Positions 1 to 17,165 of a DNA stretch of 64,000 nucleotides are shown here, in pieces; the first letter of the stretch is position 1, and each line of letters opens with the position of its first letter. The notes under the pieces are model-generated. The model was not told the DNA's origin. It saw only the letters and a list, made by a program, of their open reading frames with translations, and ran no database searches. The position numbers and the translations under genes were made by a program. Origin of the DNA: Octopus vulgaris (Eukaryota); the NCBI GenBank assembly GCA_951406725.2, contig OX597826.1:67456001-67520000 (forward strand), read 5' to 3'.

Positions 1-319
1 AATTCATCATGGACGGCAACACATTGATGATTTAAAGGCTGGCGCAAATTTTTTAGCTTCATGTAACAGAGAATTCTTAAACACCCGCTCCTGTAAATTT
101 TAATCCCCTGCCAGCCCAATTTAGACCCCTTTTCACATTTTGGTTAATATAACCCGATTTCATTCGGGTGTACTGGGGCCACATTTTATAAGATGAGTAA
201 TTTTGTCCTAGAGGTCACGCCTTTCATTTGAGGAAAAATATATTTGCCATGCTAACTCGCCAGCACATTTAACATAGGTGTGCATATTTTTAGCACAACC
301 GACCACATAATTCACACAT

Positions 320-356
<37 letters not shown>

Positions 357-416
357 TGTGTGTGTATGTGTGTGTGTGTGTATGTGTGTGTACGCATTAT
401 ATATACAAATGTATAC

Positions 417-463
<47 letters not shown>

Positions 464-759
464 TAAATTAGAGATAAAACCACTAATAGGCAAATCAAAC
501 AGTGAAAAACATAAACCAAAACATAAAAATAAAAATATAATATACAAAATATATAAAATATAAAATTTAAAAATTAAAATTATTTAAATTTAAAATTAAA
601 ATTATTAATTTATATTCATAATTTTTAAATATATATAACTATCAAAAAGTATTAAAAAGTTTAATATTCATAAATACAGATATATACACTTTGTATATAT
701 ACATTACATATACATATTTATATATAGAACACACACACACACACGCATATATAAATTAA

Positions 760-1257
760 CCCAAAAAATATCTGATTCATAATATTTGTTCTCATGATTG
801 TGTGGTGGTGCTGGCGATGATAATTTTCTCTATGAATGCAGACAGACGTAGAGAGAGAGAGAGTGTGTGAAAGTGCTGTCGAAGGAGGGGATGGGGGAGA
901 TATAGGACGCTGTGAAACGACGTTATAAAGAGAAAGTGAAGGTAAGGGAGGTAGACGCTGTGAAACGACGTTATAGATAGAAAAGTGAAGGGAAGGGAGG
1001 AAAGAGAGTGAGTGATGGAGGAAGACAGATACATAAAAGAATGGAAGTAGACTTGTCAAAGTGCGTTTTTGGCCCTAGCAACAACACCTTTTAAGATGGG
1101 GATTACTAATCTAGCCCACTCGCATCCTCACCTCATTTTACATGTCCCTGTAAATTTTGGAGTCAATCCGACGGGATCTAGTGGCCTTTAACCCGTTCTC
1201 AATGCTAAAACCAGACAACAAACAAACTTTTCACATTTCAGAATTATAATATAGAGA
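760..1257 (-). mobile_element. Possible non-autonomous Helitron-like element (5' end only recognisable)
   Basis: Ends ...CAGACAACAAACAAAC...ATAATATAGAGA|T, the same terminus style as the element at 29896-30275. Internal ~48-bp tandem duplication GACGCTGTGAAACGACGTTATA (906, 954). No CTAG/hairpin end found. Confidence 0.35.
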
Positions 1258-1989
1258 TAATTTTGCTAAATAAAGATATGAATTAATTTCACTAAAAACA
1301 AGACAGATTAAATTAAGATAATTTAAATATATATTTCGAAAGTTACTTTTGTAGAATTCCATCAAATACAAGTTTGAGTTGGTGAACAGAAACAGGCAAA
1401 GTTTCGGTAGAAGTATCACGGAAATTTATGAACAAAAGTTGTTTTTCGGTCAATGTATTAATTTAGATATCAAATAGTACTGGATAAATAAAAAGTTTTC
1501 GGGGACGGGGTTTGAGAGAAAAGGCTTCCCGAAGCACAAATACCTGCTGTATAACTCAAGAGCCTTTCAATGTGACTTAACAATTTTACCAACAAATGTA
1601 ATAGGTTTCTCTATTCAAGAACTCAGCATTCAGCTAATGGTGCAGTCTAGGTAGAACTAAAGATAAGAGAACACAGTTTTCATTTCTCACTTAAAATATA
1701 CACTTTACATTTTATAACATTGAATGTTCTAACAACATTTCGAGTGAAAAAAAGTTACGCATAAAATCCTATAGAAAAATCTTCTAAGTTCCATGATTAC
1801 TCTGCATGTTTCCCTCCATCTAGCAACTTACATTTGATTCACTTCAAAAGCATATTTAAAAGGAATAATAATAATATAAAAAAAAACAACATCTGTATAA
1901 ATCTCTTATACGATTTAAAGAAAAAATTACTTCAAGCCAAACAAATACATACTGATGAACGGTAACATATTCTGAAACGGTGGTGTGTG

Positions 1990-4782
<2,793 letters not shown>

Positions 4783-5136
4783 TCTCATATTCCCGTGTAT
4801 AGGATCTGTAGGTGAACGTTCTAACTTTGTTTATGTTGTTTTTATATTTCTTTTCCATTTATTTTCTTTGTTATTTCTTCATTCTGTGAAAATGGCCAAC
4901 ATCAAAAGTATTTTTTCTTCTGTGGTGGTGGTCGTTGTCGAGTTGGTATTGTACGGCTGGAAGTTGGGTGACTGTAATGTGTTTATTGCACAATGGTGTA
5001 GGTGTTATTAATAGTGTTCATGCTGCAGCTTACACTAGATATACTAGTTGTATTAGTTGTTGTTGTAGAAGTATTAACATTAGTTCCGAAAGGTGATGAA
5101 CCTCCTGTACGTCTCATTGCATTATTATTATTATAA

Positions 5137-5919
5137 AGGCGTTGACCTGGCAAGAACGTTAGCACGCCGGGCGAAATGCTTAGCAATATTTTGTCTGCCG
5201 CTACGCTCTGAGTTCAAATTCCGCCGAGGTCGACTTTGCCTGTCATCCTTTCGGTGTCGATTAAATAAGTACCAGTTATGCACTGGGGTCGATGCAATCG
5301 ACTTAATCCGTTTGTCTGTCCTTGTTTGTCCTCTCTGTGTTTAGCCTCTTGTGGGTAGTAAAGAAATAAGTATTTCGTCTGCCTTCACATTCTGAGTTCA
5401 AATTCCGTCGAGGTCGACTTTGCTTTGCATCCATTCGGGTCCATAAATTAAGTACCAGTTGCATACTGGGGTCAATCTACCTAGAATAGAAAAGAATGCT
5501 TAGCGGTATTTCGTCCGTCAGTACGTTCCAAGTTCAAATGCTGCCGTGGTCGGCATTGTCTTTCATCCTTTCGGGGTTGATAAAAAAACTACCATTTGAA
5601 CACTGCAGTCGATGATATCGACTCAACCCCTCCACCTAGATAATTACCCTTGTAGCAAAATTTGAAACCATTATTATTGTTATCATTATTAAGGCGAACT
5701 CGGAAAATCGTCGACCAGCCTGAATCGTTAGGACGCCAGGCGAAGTATATAACAATACTTCGTCCGTTTTCACGTCCAGGGTTCAAATTCCGCGAGGTCG
5801 ACTTTGTCCTTCATCTTTTCGAGATCGAAAAAATAAGTATCATTTGCCTACTGGGGTCAATGTAATCCACTGGTCCCCTCCCGCCAAATTTCAAGCCTTG
5901 AGCCACTAGTAGAAAGGGT

Positions 5920-5920
<1 letters not shown>
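5137..5920 (+). mobile_element. Head-to-tail cluster of ~4 tRNA-derived SINE copies (family A)
   Basis: Head GGCG..CTGGCAGAA.CGTTAGCACGCCGGGCGAAATG, B-box-like GAGTTCAAATTCC, and core GTCGACTTTGCCTTTCATCCTTTCGGGGTCGATAAA..AGTACCAG repeated at ~5228, 5413, 5550 and 5798. The middle copies are 5'-truncated. Confidence 0.85.
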
Positions 5921-6052
<132 letters not shown>

Positions 6053-6866
6053 GCCTTTGCACATCTTCTAACGTTAGAGATGTACTACGGTGTCAGCTGT
6101 TCAGTACTAGTGAACTCAGGTAATACCTCTTATTATTCGAACATTTTCCGGAATATTCGAACGGCTCCAAGCAGTGCTGTTTTCTGCTCCACCATTATTG
6201 CAGCCCCTATTTGTTCCACGTACTTCTCAATATTTTTGCTCATTGTTCCCAGGGCTCCGACAATTATTGGTACAACTGCTACCTTTTTCATCGACTACAA
6301 CTGCTTGACTTCCCAAGCTAACCTGTCATATTTCTCGACCTTTCTTTCTTCCTTCTCGCATATCTTGTTGTCAGCTGGGTACGCTATGTCTACGATCCAG
6401 CAGAGTTTGATTTCTTTCTCAATTAAGACTATGTCTAGATACCTATTCTTTATCTCATAGTCGCACTCAATCATAAAATCCCATAGGATCTTTGCATTAT
6501 TATTTTCAATCATGGTTTGGGTTTATGATCGTACAAAATGTTTGCTCTGTCAACTCCATACTTGTTGCAAAGTGTCCAATGGACAAGCCTTGCTATATTG
6601 TCGTGGCGTCTCTTATATTCCTTCTGGTTTAGTGGCGTACATTGACTGGTAATATGCCATACAGTTTCACCATTTTATCCACAAATTTTGCCCTTATCAC
6701 TTTCTAATGTGTTGTCTATTCTATATTTGAAGTTATTGGTTCTTAATGCCTGCTCTTGGGCAGCACAGATTAGAGCCTCCGTTTCCGGTTTTAAATCACT
6801 TTTAGTCATCTACAGCCATCTTTGTTCTATCTGTCTTATCTTCAACATGCCTATGAAATTGTCCAT
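6053..6866 (-). mobile_element. R4/Dong-clade non-LTR retrotransposon 3' fragment (CCHC finger plus restriction-like endonuclease), pseudogenised
   Basis: Minus strand reads KPETEALICAAQEQALRT..(G)KICG*NGETVWHITSQC..YKRRHDNIARLVHW..KILWDF..NRYLDIVLIEKE..WIVDIA..E..KVEKY..VPIIVGALG..QKTALLG, then a short 3'UTR and a (TAA)n tail. Confidence 0.85.
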
Positions 6867-7006
6867 TCTTCTTCTTCTTCTTCTTCTTCTTCTTCTTCTT
6901 CTTCTTCTTCTTCTTCTTCGTCGTCGTCGTCTTCATCTTCTTCTTCTTCCTCTTCTTCTTCTTCTTCTTCATCATCTTCGTCTTCATCTTCTTCTTCTTC
7001 ATAATC

Positions 7007-7042
<36 letters not shown>

Positions 7043-7069
7043 GTCATCGTCGTCGTCGTCGTCGTCTTC

Positions 7070-7101
<32 letters not shown>

Positions 7102-7121
7102 CTTCTTCTTCTTCTTCTTCT
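6867..7121. repeat. Compound trinucleotide microsatellite (CTT/CGT/CAT)
   Basis: In-phase CTT, CGT and CAT blocks. Confidence 0.95.
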
Positions 7122-7134
7122 CATTACTATTATT

Positions 7135-7352
7135 AAGGTAGTGAGCTGGCAGAAACGTTAGGACGCCGGGCAAAATTTCTTAGCGACATTTCGTCCGTCT
7201 TCACATTTTGAGTTCAAATTCCTCCGAGGTCGTCTTTGCCGTTCGTCCTTTCGGGTCCAATAAATTAAATAGCAGTGAAACACTGACATCGATGTAATCG
7301 ACTAGTCCCCCCTCACCCTCAATTTCAGGCCTTCTGCCTATGGTGGAAAGAT
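7135..7352 (+). mobile_element. SINE family A
   Basis: GAGCTGGCAGAAACGTTAG head, GAGTTCAAATT, core, AATTTCAGGCCTT tail. Confidence 0.85.
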
Positions 7353-7867
7353 TTATTATTGCCATTATTATTAGTAGTAGCAGTATTAGTAGTTGTAGTA
7401 GGGGCAGCAGCAATGTTCTGCTTCTTCTTCTGTGTAGGTAATGTTCTTTTGCTAGTTGTGTAGATGGACAGTTAATTGTAGTTGGCAGCGTAGTGATCAC
7501 CATCGTCGTAGTGGTAATAGTTGTAACAGTATCAGGAGCAGCGATAGAAGCAGTACAACGAGATGGCGATGGCGACGACGATGGTCATGATGACGTTGAC
7601 GGTAACGACGGTATGTGACCTGCAATATCTAAGTGTGTGAACTGTCTTCACGGTCAACAGGCTGAGAGCAATGACCGTCTCAGAGCTTTTGCATTTGAAA
7701 CCACACACAGACAGCTACAGAGACCAAAACGCATTATACATACATACATACATCCATACATTCACACACACTAATATATATATATATATATGTATGTATA
7801 TATATATTTTTATATATATATGTAGGCATATTTATGCATGTGTATATGTAATATATATATGTATGTA

Positions 7868-7949
<82 letters not shown>

Positions 7950-8033
7950 TGTATTAAATGAAATAGGGAAATACAATTGACAAACTGATTCATAATAATA
8001 ATAATAATATTAATAATATTATATATATGTATG

Positions 8034-8107
<74 letters not shown>

Positions 8108-8108
<1 letters not shown>

Positions 8109-8600
8109 CAGTAAAAAGTATGCAACGTTTTGAACCATGAAGTATTTGTACCGGATTTTTGCAGAGTTTTGAATTTTTTTAAACATTTGTTTTGCAATTG
8201 TCTGATGATACAGACATAGACTTGCCCAAATGCATCAATAAATTAATATTGATATTTTTATCGCCGTTGTTACAATTATCTGAATTGGAACTGTCAAGGC
8301 GTAATATTCGTGCAATTTTGCTATTCAACTTCAAAAAAAGGACGTGAAGCGGCTGAAACTGCTTGGAATATCAACGAAGCGTTTGGTGAGAAAGTGAACA
8401 GTTAGTAGTCAACTCGAAAATGGTTTCCACGACTTCTCTGGAGACCCGAGCCTTGAAGATCGTGAGCGTAGTGGACGCCTATTTCTCATCGATGACCGTC
8501 AATGAAAGACCATCATTGAGAGAGATCCACGTAAAACCACCCGAGAACTGGCAAAAGAACTTCAAGTTAACCAGTAAACCGTATGCAACTATCCATGGTA
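8108..8600 (+). mobile_element. Mariner (Mos1/Hsmar-like) transposase N-terminal HTH fragment, decayed
   Basis: Frameshifted translation ELSRRNIRAILLFNFKKGREAAETAWNINEAFG..RKWF..GDPSLEDRERSGR..IIERDPRKTTRELAKELQV. Confidence 0.75.
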
Positions 8601-9642
8601 AGTATATGGTTTTGCTTACCATTAGTATTACTTGTTTAACATGGAGAGGAGGCTGTAAAATGTAGCTTAACAATGTAAAATGTAAGCCTCAATAAAGCAT
8701 GTTTCTATTTCTTTCCCTTTGTTAGCGACGGTTACCAGTCATTCTTGTATACAATCGAACAATAACATCAACAGCAGCAGCAGCAGCAATAACAACAGCA
8801 ACACTATCATCACCACCACCACCACCACGAACCACAATAACATGAACAACACCAACAGCTTTGATTAGGTACATGTAAATCTCATAGTGTGTGGTAGGGT
8901 CAAACTTGTGTACTCTAACAGTAGAAGAAGAATTTTTAGAGCAGACAATGTTCATTCGGAATGTCGCCTCGCTCTTTTGGCACGTAGATATAAACACAGC
9001 TACTTTTTGCGAGGCCTTTTTTCCCTACTGGTCATACATCTATTCGAAGTCTCTTCAAGAACGATGTTACATTTGTTGCACAAACAGTTTCGCTACTGAA
9101 CAATCCACTTCTGTTGGACTGTCTTCTTTACTATCATGAAAATTCTGGAACAGATATGTCTTACACGATGGGTTAGACATTTTTCCGGGATGGAGCAGTA
9201 TCATCTGCTCACCTTGTACTCTATGGTAAGTTATTCACATGGCACCGTGAAAGAGTAGCATCGAAGAAGTGATACAAGAAATGTCCGAAGAAATTTCCTG
9301 CTGGAGGTAATCAAATTGGCATTGATCACTTCCCCGCATCTTTTGCATTCTCTGGTCGCAACACCTGGTGGCACACTATTCAGCAGTGTGTCTCTCTTTC
9401 AAAGATTTTATTATGAGGCTTGCTCCTTTATGCGCTTGCGTGATAGATTCATCCCAGGATAGTGGTCATAGAGATGTCATCATGCGTAGAACTGAACTCA
9501 AGGCAGCTTTCTTAAGCTTGTTGGCGCGCTCCTCAAGATCTTCATTCTGTTCCAACGACTGTATAGAAGTGCTGAGAGCTGCGTGCAGGTGAACCGGAAC
9601 GACTGACTGGTTGATCATATATTTTGAGGACAAAGCGATATT

Positions 9643-9858
9643 CTTTGTTACTCTAGGCAAAAGGCCTGAAATTTTTGGGGTAGGGGACCAGTCGATTGGA
9701 TCGACCCCAGTACGCAACTGGTACTTAATTTATCGACCCCCAAAAGTATGAAAGGCAAAGTTGACCTCGGTGAAATTTGAACTCAGAACGTAAAGACAGA
9801 TGAAATACCGATAAGCATTTCGCCCGGCGTGCTAACGTTTCTGCCAGCTCGCCGCCTT
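9643..9858 (-). mobile_element. SINE family A with 14-bp target-site duplication
   Basis: Full reverse copy flanked by GACAAAGCGATATT at 9629-9642 and 9863-9876. Confidence 0.9.
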
Positions 9859-10501
9859 CGGAGACAAAGCGATATTAAGGAAGAACTTTGATCAACTTTA
9901 CCTGATACAGAACAGAACTATCCTTGCAAACACTGTAGCAGCGACTGTTCTATACTTATTAGGACTCATCAACCAACTACAAACCTGCAATAAATATGAG
10001 CCACTGTCTTTCGGAATCTTTGTTTACACATACAAGATGTAACAATGATATTAACGATGTTTAGCTTGCTGACTCTGTTAGATGCACACATACATAGAAA
10101 CACAGACACAAATACAAACGCCTACACACAAACACAGTCGTTAATTTTATTCATAATCTATTCTTGAGTCTTAAAATACAAAAGAATTCTAGTTTGATAT
10201 TGGATTATATTAGACACTAATCGGTGTGGAGAATCTGTTGCTAGTTAAGTAGCAATTAAGTAGCCAATGATTTTCATTGCACATGCGAGGAAACTAGATT
10301 ACTAAGATAATCCAGTAAAAAGACGTTAAACTTAATTATTTTGTTAGTTCAATTTCATGTATAATCCGCAAGTTATAATCAGCTTCTTAATAGCCACGTG
10401 AGCGATAAATCAACGGATCAATCCCGGTAGAAATGGATGTCTTGTCACTTACGCTTTGCTTCGCTGTGGTTGATATTCTTCCTCGGCACACAGGCACACA
10501 C

Positions 10502-10547
<46 letters not shown>

Positions 10548-10662
10548 ACACACATATATGTTTGTGTGTGTGTGCATATATATACATATATATATATACA
10601 TATCTATATCTATATCAATATCTATATATCTATATCTATAGCTATCTCTCTCTCTCTCCCTC

Positions 10663-10702
<40 letters not shown>

Positions 10703-10706
<4 letters not shown>

Positions 10707-10878
10707 TGCAGATTTGGCTGTGTGGTAATTAGCATGCTTACCGACCATATGGTTCCGGATTCAGTCTCACTGCAAGAAACCTTGGGCAAGTGTCTTCTAC
10801 AATAGCCTCAAGCCGACCAAAGCCTTGTGAGAGGATTTAGTATAAGGAAACTGAAAGAAGCGCATCGTATATATATAC

Positions 10879-10929
<51 letters not shown>

Positions 10930-11597
10930 GTAAAGTATAGAAGCTATCTTATCATGGCTAACCACATTGTGGAGGGGGTGTTACTGTAGCTTTATAGCCC
11001 CAAGAGATCTTCGTCTCTAGCTGGCTCTAGACACAATATCTGTGTCCTTGGAGTATTTGCAAAGGGAGGCCATCCCTTCCTCACAAGCCTGAGTGATACG
11101 CTCGAACTAGTTTCGGGATTGTTGTCCCTCGTCAACGGGCGGTAACCACCAGGTAGGGATGAAAGTGAAGGCTCCTTTGCAACTAGATATAAGTTTTTTC
11201 TAATGGCGTCTACCACTGATGTCGAAAAACGAACAGTAAGCATAATTAAATCTCAGAATGAGATTGAAACAGTAATCGCTCGATAATGTAAAGTATAGAA
11301 GCCATCTTATCATGGCTAACCACATTGGGGAGGGGGTGTTACTGTAGCTTTATAGCCCCAAGAGATCTTCGTCTCTAGCTGACTCTAGACACAATATCTG
11401 TTTCCTTGGAATATTTGCAAAGGGAGGCCATCCCTTCCTCGCAAGCCTGAGTGATACGCTCGAACTAGTTTCGGGATTGTTGTCCCTCGTCAACGGGCGG
11501 TAACCACCAGGTAGCGATGAAAGTGAAGGCTCCTTTGCAAATAGATATAAGTTTTTCTAATGGTTACTGTTCAATCTCATTCTGAGATTTAATTATG

Positions 11598-11649
<52 letters not shown>

Positions 11650-11837
11650 TTATCTATGTATATGCTTGTGTGTCTGTGTTTGTCTCCCCATCATCGCTTG
11701 AAACATATGTTGGTGTGTTTACGTCCCTGTAACCTAACTGTTCGACAAAAGAAACCGATAGAATAAGTACTAGTGGTGAGGCCAATTTGTTCGACTGAAG
11801 GCGGTGCTCCAGCATGGCTGCAGTCAAATTACTGAAA
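10703..11837 (+). mobile_element. tRNA-derived SINE family B interrupted in its internal (TA)n
   Basis: 5' half TGGCTGTGTGGTAA..GGTTCCGGATTCAGTC..CTTGGGCAAGTGTCTTCT (10703-10870). 3' half TGTGTCTGTGTTTGTC..GATAGAATAAGTAC..GCGGTGCTCCAGCATGG (11655-11837). Confidence 0.85.
10925..11599. mobile_element. Non-coding Penelope-like insert: 358-bp partial tandem repeat plus terminal inverted segment
   Basis: ATAATGTAAAGTATAGAAG at 10925 and 11283. Bases 11564-11599 are the reverse complement of 11239-11275. Flanked by (TA)n on both sides. Confidence 0.6.
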
Positions 11838-11955
11838 TTATATATATATATATATATATATATAAATATACATAAATATGTTTGTATGTGTGCGCGTACA
11901 CACGCACACACACACACACACGCGCGGACACACACACACACGCGGGGACACACAC

Positions 11956-12024
<69 letters not shown>

Positions 12025-12198
12025 CACACACACACATGAGCATACATACGCAGACTTATGGATGCATGCATTTTTAACCTCTGACCTTAAAACCATACCT
12101 CCCCATACATGGTGCCTTTGCTTATTCAAGCATCGATGCATGGAAGCAATGGCTACACTTCATATGATTTCATGTCTAAGTCTATCAACCTTTCTATC

Positions 12199-12261
<63 letters not shown>

Positions 12262-12372
12262 AAACAAATATTTATGCACACATTATACTCAAACACACAC
12301 ATATATATATGTATTCACACATTATCTCTCTCTCTTTCTCATTCTCGCTCTCTCTCTCTCTCTCTCTCTCAG

Positions 12373-12403
<31 letters not shown>

Positions 12404-13519
12404 GTGTGTATATGTATGCATGTGTGAGAGAGTCTGAGCTCCTGTGGACGGACACACACATGTATGTATATATATACACATATATACGTATATATATATA
12501 TATACATATACACATACAGACACACACGCACACACACACAAACTCACACACACACACACGCATATATATATATATATATATATATAATTAACAAACCCTA
12601 ATCGTTTAGTTATAGCTATTACGTATGTACGTGTGTATTTATTGATTCTTTCATTCAGTACCGTTAAAACCGTGAGATGTTTGCTATTGTTATGGAGATT
12701 GGCCGATAGATGTTCGTTTACACAAAGAGAACTTTCCGGGCGAAAATATATCGCAACCATTTTGCTCAGCAGACAATGAGGCGTCTAACGTTCTCAGGCA
12801 CGGAAATTGCATTACAATGTGGATTAGAAAACCTACTGTGTGCGTAATATGTGTGTATGTGTGCGTGTGTATTTTAAACGCTTTCGTTTCATTTTATTAC
12901 ATTATTGCAGATGATAATATGGATTTCAGACTAAAACTGCTGGATGTTCAATTATTTTATTGTATTCGTTGCAGAGGTGCAGCAGCTATTGTTTAGTTTT
13001 ATGAACAACTGTGGCTTTTTTCATAATTATTTCTGTTTAAGTGTCATAACACGGTTGATTAAACAATTGGGAACAAAAAAACAACAAAGCTTTATAAACG
13101 CCAATCATTTGAACGCTGTTTGCATAAAGATAATAAATGCTAAAATGAGATATTGTTAATAAGATTATAATTTTGCTTATCTTTTTAACTTAATTAACTC
13201 TGGTGTATTATTTACGATATTTATGTTTGCATCGCATAATAATAGGTTTCACTTTTGATGGCCAGGAACTATCGTATTTCTCTCTATAACTGTTGCATGC
13301 AATTCCGAAAAGAAGATTTGGTGGATAAGGGTATTACGCACAATTAAAATTAATTGACAGAAGAGTCTACGAGTTCGAATCATGTAATGTATATGATATT
13401 TGATGGGTAGAATTAACATTTTATAATTTGAAGTTCATACATACATATATACATACATACATATATATATATATATAAATTTTATATATATATATATATA
13501 ATTATATAAACAAATAAAT

Positions 13520-13561
<42 letters not shown>

Positions 13562-13677
13562 ATTTTCAGAGGGAGTGTTTGTCCAGGATAGAACTTACAC
13601 AGCCACAGCAGGAGATGTATTGGGACATGAAATGTAAAACCCGGACTAGATTATTTTATGCACAACTCCATAACGAT

Positions 13678-13733
<56 letters not shown>

Positions 13734-14105
13734 CATATGCATATACATATAATACAATTAATAAGGGGTATGACCACTAAAGTGGATTCCTATACACTAG
13801 AGATAGATGTCAAATATCCTTAACACACAGGGTGTTCTCAAGAAAAAAACCCAGCAAATGCCAAAATGTAAAAAACGCAAGGCACAAGAAAATTAACAAA
13901 ATAAAACAAATACCTACGTACCATGATTTCATTATTAATACTTGCAAAATGCAAAATGCAAGTATCTGTAAATCCTCAGCGTAGCCTGTCGTATTTCAAA
14001 ACATATTTCACAGAACTATACACAGAAACGTTTTTCCGAAAAAAAACTCATGTATACAGTTCTACAATATATATTCGTGGTATTTTTCAAATGTCTTCGC
14101 TCTCA

Positions 14106-14513
<408 letters not shown>

Positions 14514-14545
14514 ATATATATATATATATATATATTTGTGTGTTG

Positions 14546-14595
<50 letters not shown>

Positions 14596-14598
<3 letters not shown>

Positions 14599-15050
14599 GC
14601 GTTTTGTGTGTTGGAATATGTTCGAACACAGACGAGCAAGACTGTGCAGCGTGTACGTGTGAGAGAATTCTCTAAAAATATCACCAACGACAATTCAGAT
14701 TTGGACATGGCACAAAAATAAATTCAAAGAGGAAAGCTGTCTGTGGAGGGCAGAAGTGTCAGGACGACTACTAACATCAGAAGAAACGGTCGAGCGGGTT
14801 CCATCAAAACTCTCGCGAAGACCCAAGAAGTCAATAAGAAGAATAAGTTTGGAAACCCAGATGCCCCCATCGAAAGTTTGGCGCGTCCTGAGGAAACGCT
14901 TGCTAATGAAACCCTACAAGCTGCAGATGACAAGCGAAAGCGCAAACAATTCTGTGTTGATATGCAAAAGAAACCCGAAGAAGCAGATTTCAAGGAACGT
15001 CTTGTTTTCAGTGATGAGGTCACATTTCATACGAATGGTAAAGTCAATAA
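14596..15050 (+). mobile_element. Tc1/mariner-superfamily transposase fragment (DUF4817/Tc3-like), decayed
   Basis: CAFCVLEYVRTQTSKTVQR..SGRLLTSEETVERV..PKKSIRRIS..VWRVLRKRLLMKPYKLQ..DKRKRKQFC..LVFSDEVTFHTNGKVN, including the first catalytic D motif. Confidence 0.8.
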
Positions 15051-15059
15051 GTCAATAAG

Positions 15060-15479
15060 TCAATATTTCTGGGTTATGACCCCAATTTCAAGCAATTGAC
15101 AAATGTTACCGATGTGCGTGTGTGGTGTGGACATGCGCAGAATGGTGTTTGTATAGCAACCAGCTAGCTTCCTGTAACTCCCTTCTATTATTGATTTTGG
15201 GTTTATTTTGGTATATGAGCATAGCCTCAGAGATTCTAAGGTTGCCCCTGTTCCGCTGTGTTGCCTTGATGTGCACTTAGAACTCCAGGAACAGGGGCCA
15301 CCTTAGAATCTCTCAGGCTATCCTCAAAAGAAACCAAAATCAATAATAGAACGGAGTTACAGATAGCTAGCTGGTTGCTATAGCAACACCCATCTGCGCA
15401 TGTCCAGACGCTCACACACACGCACATCGGCAACATTCGTCAATCTCTTGAAAATGGGGTCACAACCCCGAAATATTGA
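15060..15479. mobile_element. Fold-back/MITE element with ~195-bp imperfect inverted arms
   Basis: TCAATATTTC.GGGTT.TGACCCCA..CCCCTGTTCC (15060-15254) versus GGAACAGGGG..TGGGGTCACAACCCCGAAATATTGA (15288-15479). Confidence 0.75.
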
Positions 15480-15690
15480 ATTTGTTTTCTTGTGATTTAC
15501 CTGCAATTTACTTAGTATTGTTTTGGCCTTACCAACGATCTTTTATACAATATATTCTACACTATGTTTCACAGTAATTATATACATACATACATACATA
15601 CATATATATATATATATATGAGTGTGTGTGTGTGTGTATGTATGTATGTATATATACATATATATATATGTGTGTGTGTGTGCGTGTGTG

Positions 15691-15769
<79 letters not shown>

Positions 15770-16166
15770 GTGTATATATATATATGTATATACACATACA
15801 CACACACACACATATATATATCGGTCAGTAGTTCATATATATGTGGTGGGGGCATATACAAGAGTGTTTTTCTTTCCAAAATGTAATATTGTAGTCACGA
15901 ATATGTCCTAGATTATTATTTCGTTATTAATGAGAGAATTTTCTGTATTAACTATTGTTCATATTCAGAAGGAAAGGCCTGGAATATTAAATGGCCTAAG
16001 AAATGATATTTTCCCGAAGTAAGCATAGAAAAGTAAAAGATAATAAGATAAAAAATTTATGAAAAATAGATCTGAACTGGATCGTATCTTTATTAATGCA
16101 CGTGCATATACGTATGTAGGTAAAATATATACGTATATCATATTGTAAAACATATCGGTTTGTCTG

Positions 16167-16167
<1 letters not shown>

Positions 16168-16241
<74 letters not shown>

Positions 16242-16259
16242 GTCTGTCTGTCTGTCTGC

Positions 16260-16321
<62 letters not shown>
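16168..16321. repeat. (TCTA)n/(TCTG)n tetranucleotide microsatellite
   Basis: Seen directly. Similar tracts at 18720-18798, 28505-28585, 39917-40070 and 43630-43735. Confidence 0.95.
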
Positions 16322-16364
16322 CCAAATATATAAGTCAGTATGTATCTATGCATGCATTTAAGAA

Positions 16365-16397
<33 letters not shown>

Positions 16398-16458
16398 CTA
16401 TCTGTCTCTTTCAGTTTATCTCTCTATCTATCCGTCTATTTATCCACGTATATATATA

Positions 16459-16497
16459 TGGAGGCGCAATGGCCCAGTGGTTAGGGCAGCGGACTCG
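16459..16497 (+). mobile_element. Isolated 5' head of tRNA-derived SINE family C
   Basis: GGAGGCGCAATGGCCCAGTGGTTAGGGCAGCGGACTCG, containing an A-box-like TGGCCCAGTGG. Confidence 0.6.
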
Positions 16498-16539
16498 AAG
16501 CTAAAGTAAGCAGAGTAAAGCCGCTATGCAAATATTGAC

Positions 16540-17165
16540 TTTCAACTCTTCTGTGCATACGCAGTAAGTTTTAACCTTCTAGCTCACTTCCGCTGTTTGC
16601 AGCAGTGCTTGGAAGGAAGGTGTGTAGCGTGTGATCACCACATTGACCATGACAGAAAAAGTTGTCATGGCGATACCTGCTCAGAGACCTATGCAATGTT
16701 CCAATCAGTATATGAACAGGAGTATGTGCGTCGCACACAAGTGTACGAGTGGTTCAAACGCTTCTTAGATGGCCGAAAAATGTCGATATTGACGAACGTT
16801 CTGGGAGACCCGTAACCAGGAATTGAAAAAAAATCGCAGATATGCGTGCAGCTGTGAGGGGAAATCATGGTATCACGACCCGAGCATTATCAGAGGATGT
16901 GCAGATTAGCTACGGTTCGGTTCAGTCCATTATCACTGCCAGGTTTACGCCAAAACTGATTTCAGTTCACCAAAAGTATTCTCAGTTTTCTGTTGCACGA
17001 GGCCTCTCTCATTGTGCTGAGAACGTTGAAAACTTTGCGTAGCCCTCTAAGCAGGTATCGTCAAGCCTTGGGCAAAATTTGATGCAGATTCTCTGCTCAA
17101 CTTTCTGTCATAATCAATGCGACAATCACATGCTACACACTTTCCTTCAAAGCACAGCTAAAACG
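16540..17165 (+). mobile_element. Mariner derivative with long internal inverted repeat
   Basis: GDTCSETYAMFQSVY..RTQVYEWFKRFLDGR..ITTRALSEDVQISYGSVQSII. Bases 17037-17140 are an inverted copy of the start region (minus strand reads EQRICIKFCPRLDDTC). Confidence 0.75.

Noticed and set aside
8890-9600. Complex sequence with GIDHFP (plus strand) and CNKCNIVL (minus strand), suggestive of a piggyBac C-terminus
   Set aside because: The motifs lie on opposite strands and no continuous homology is recognisable. Left unassigned.
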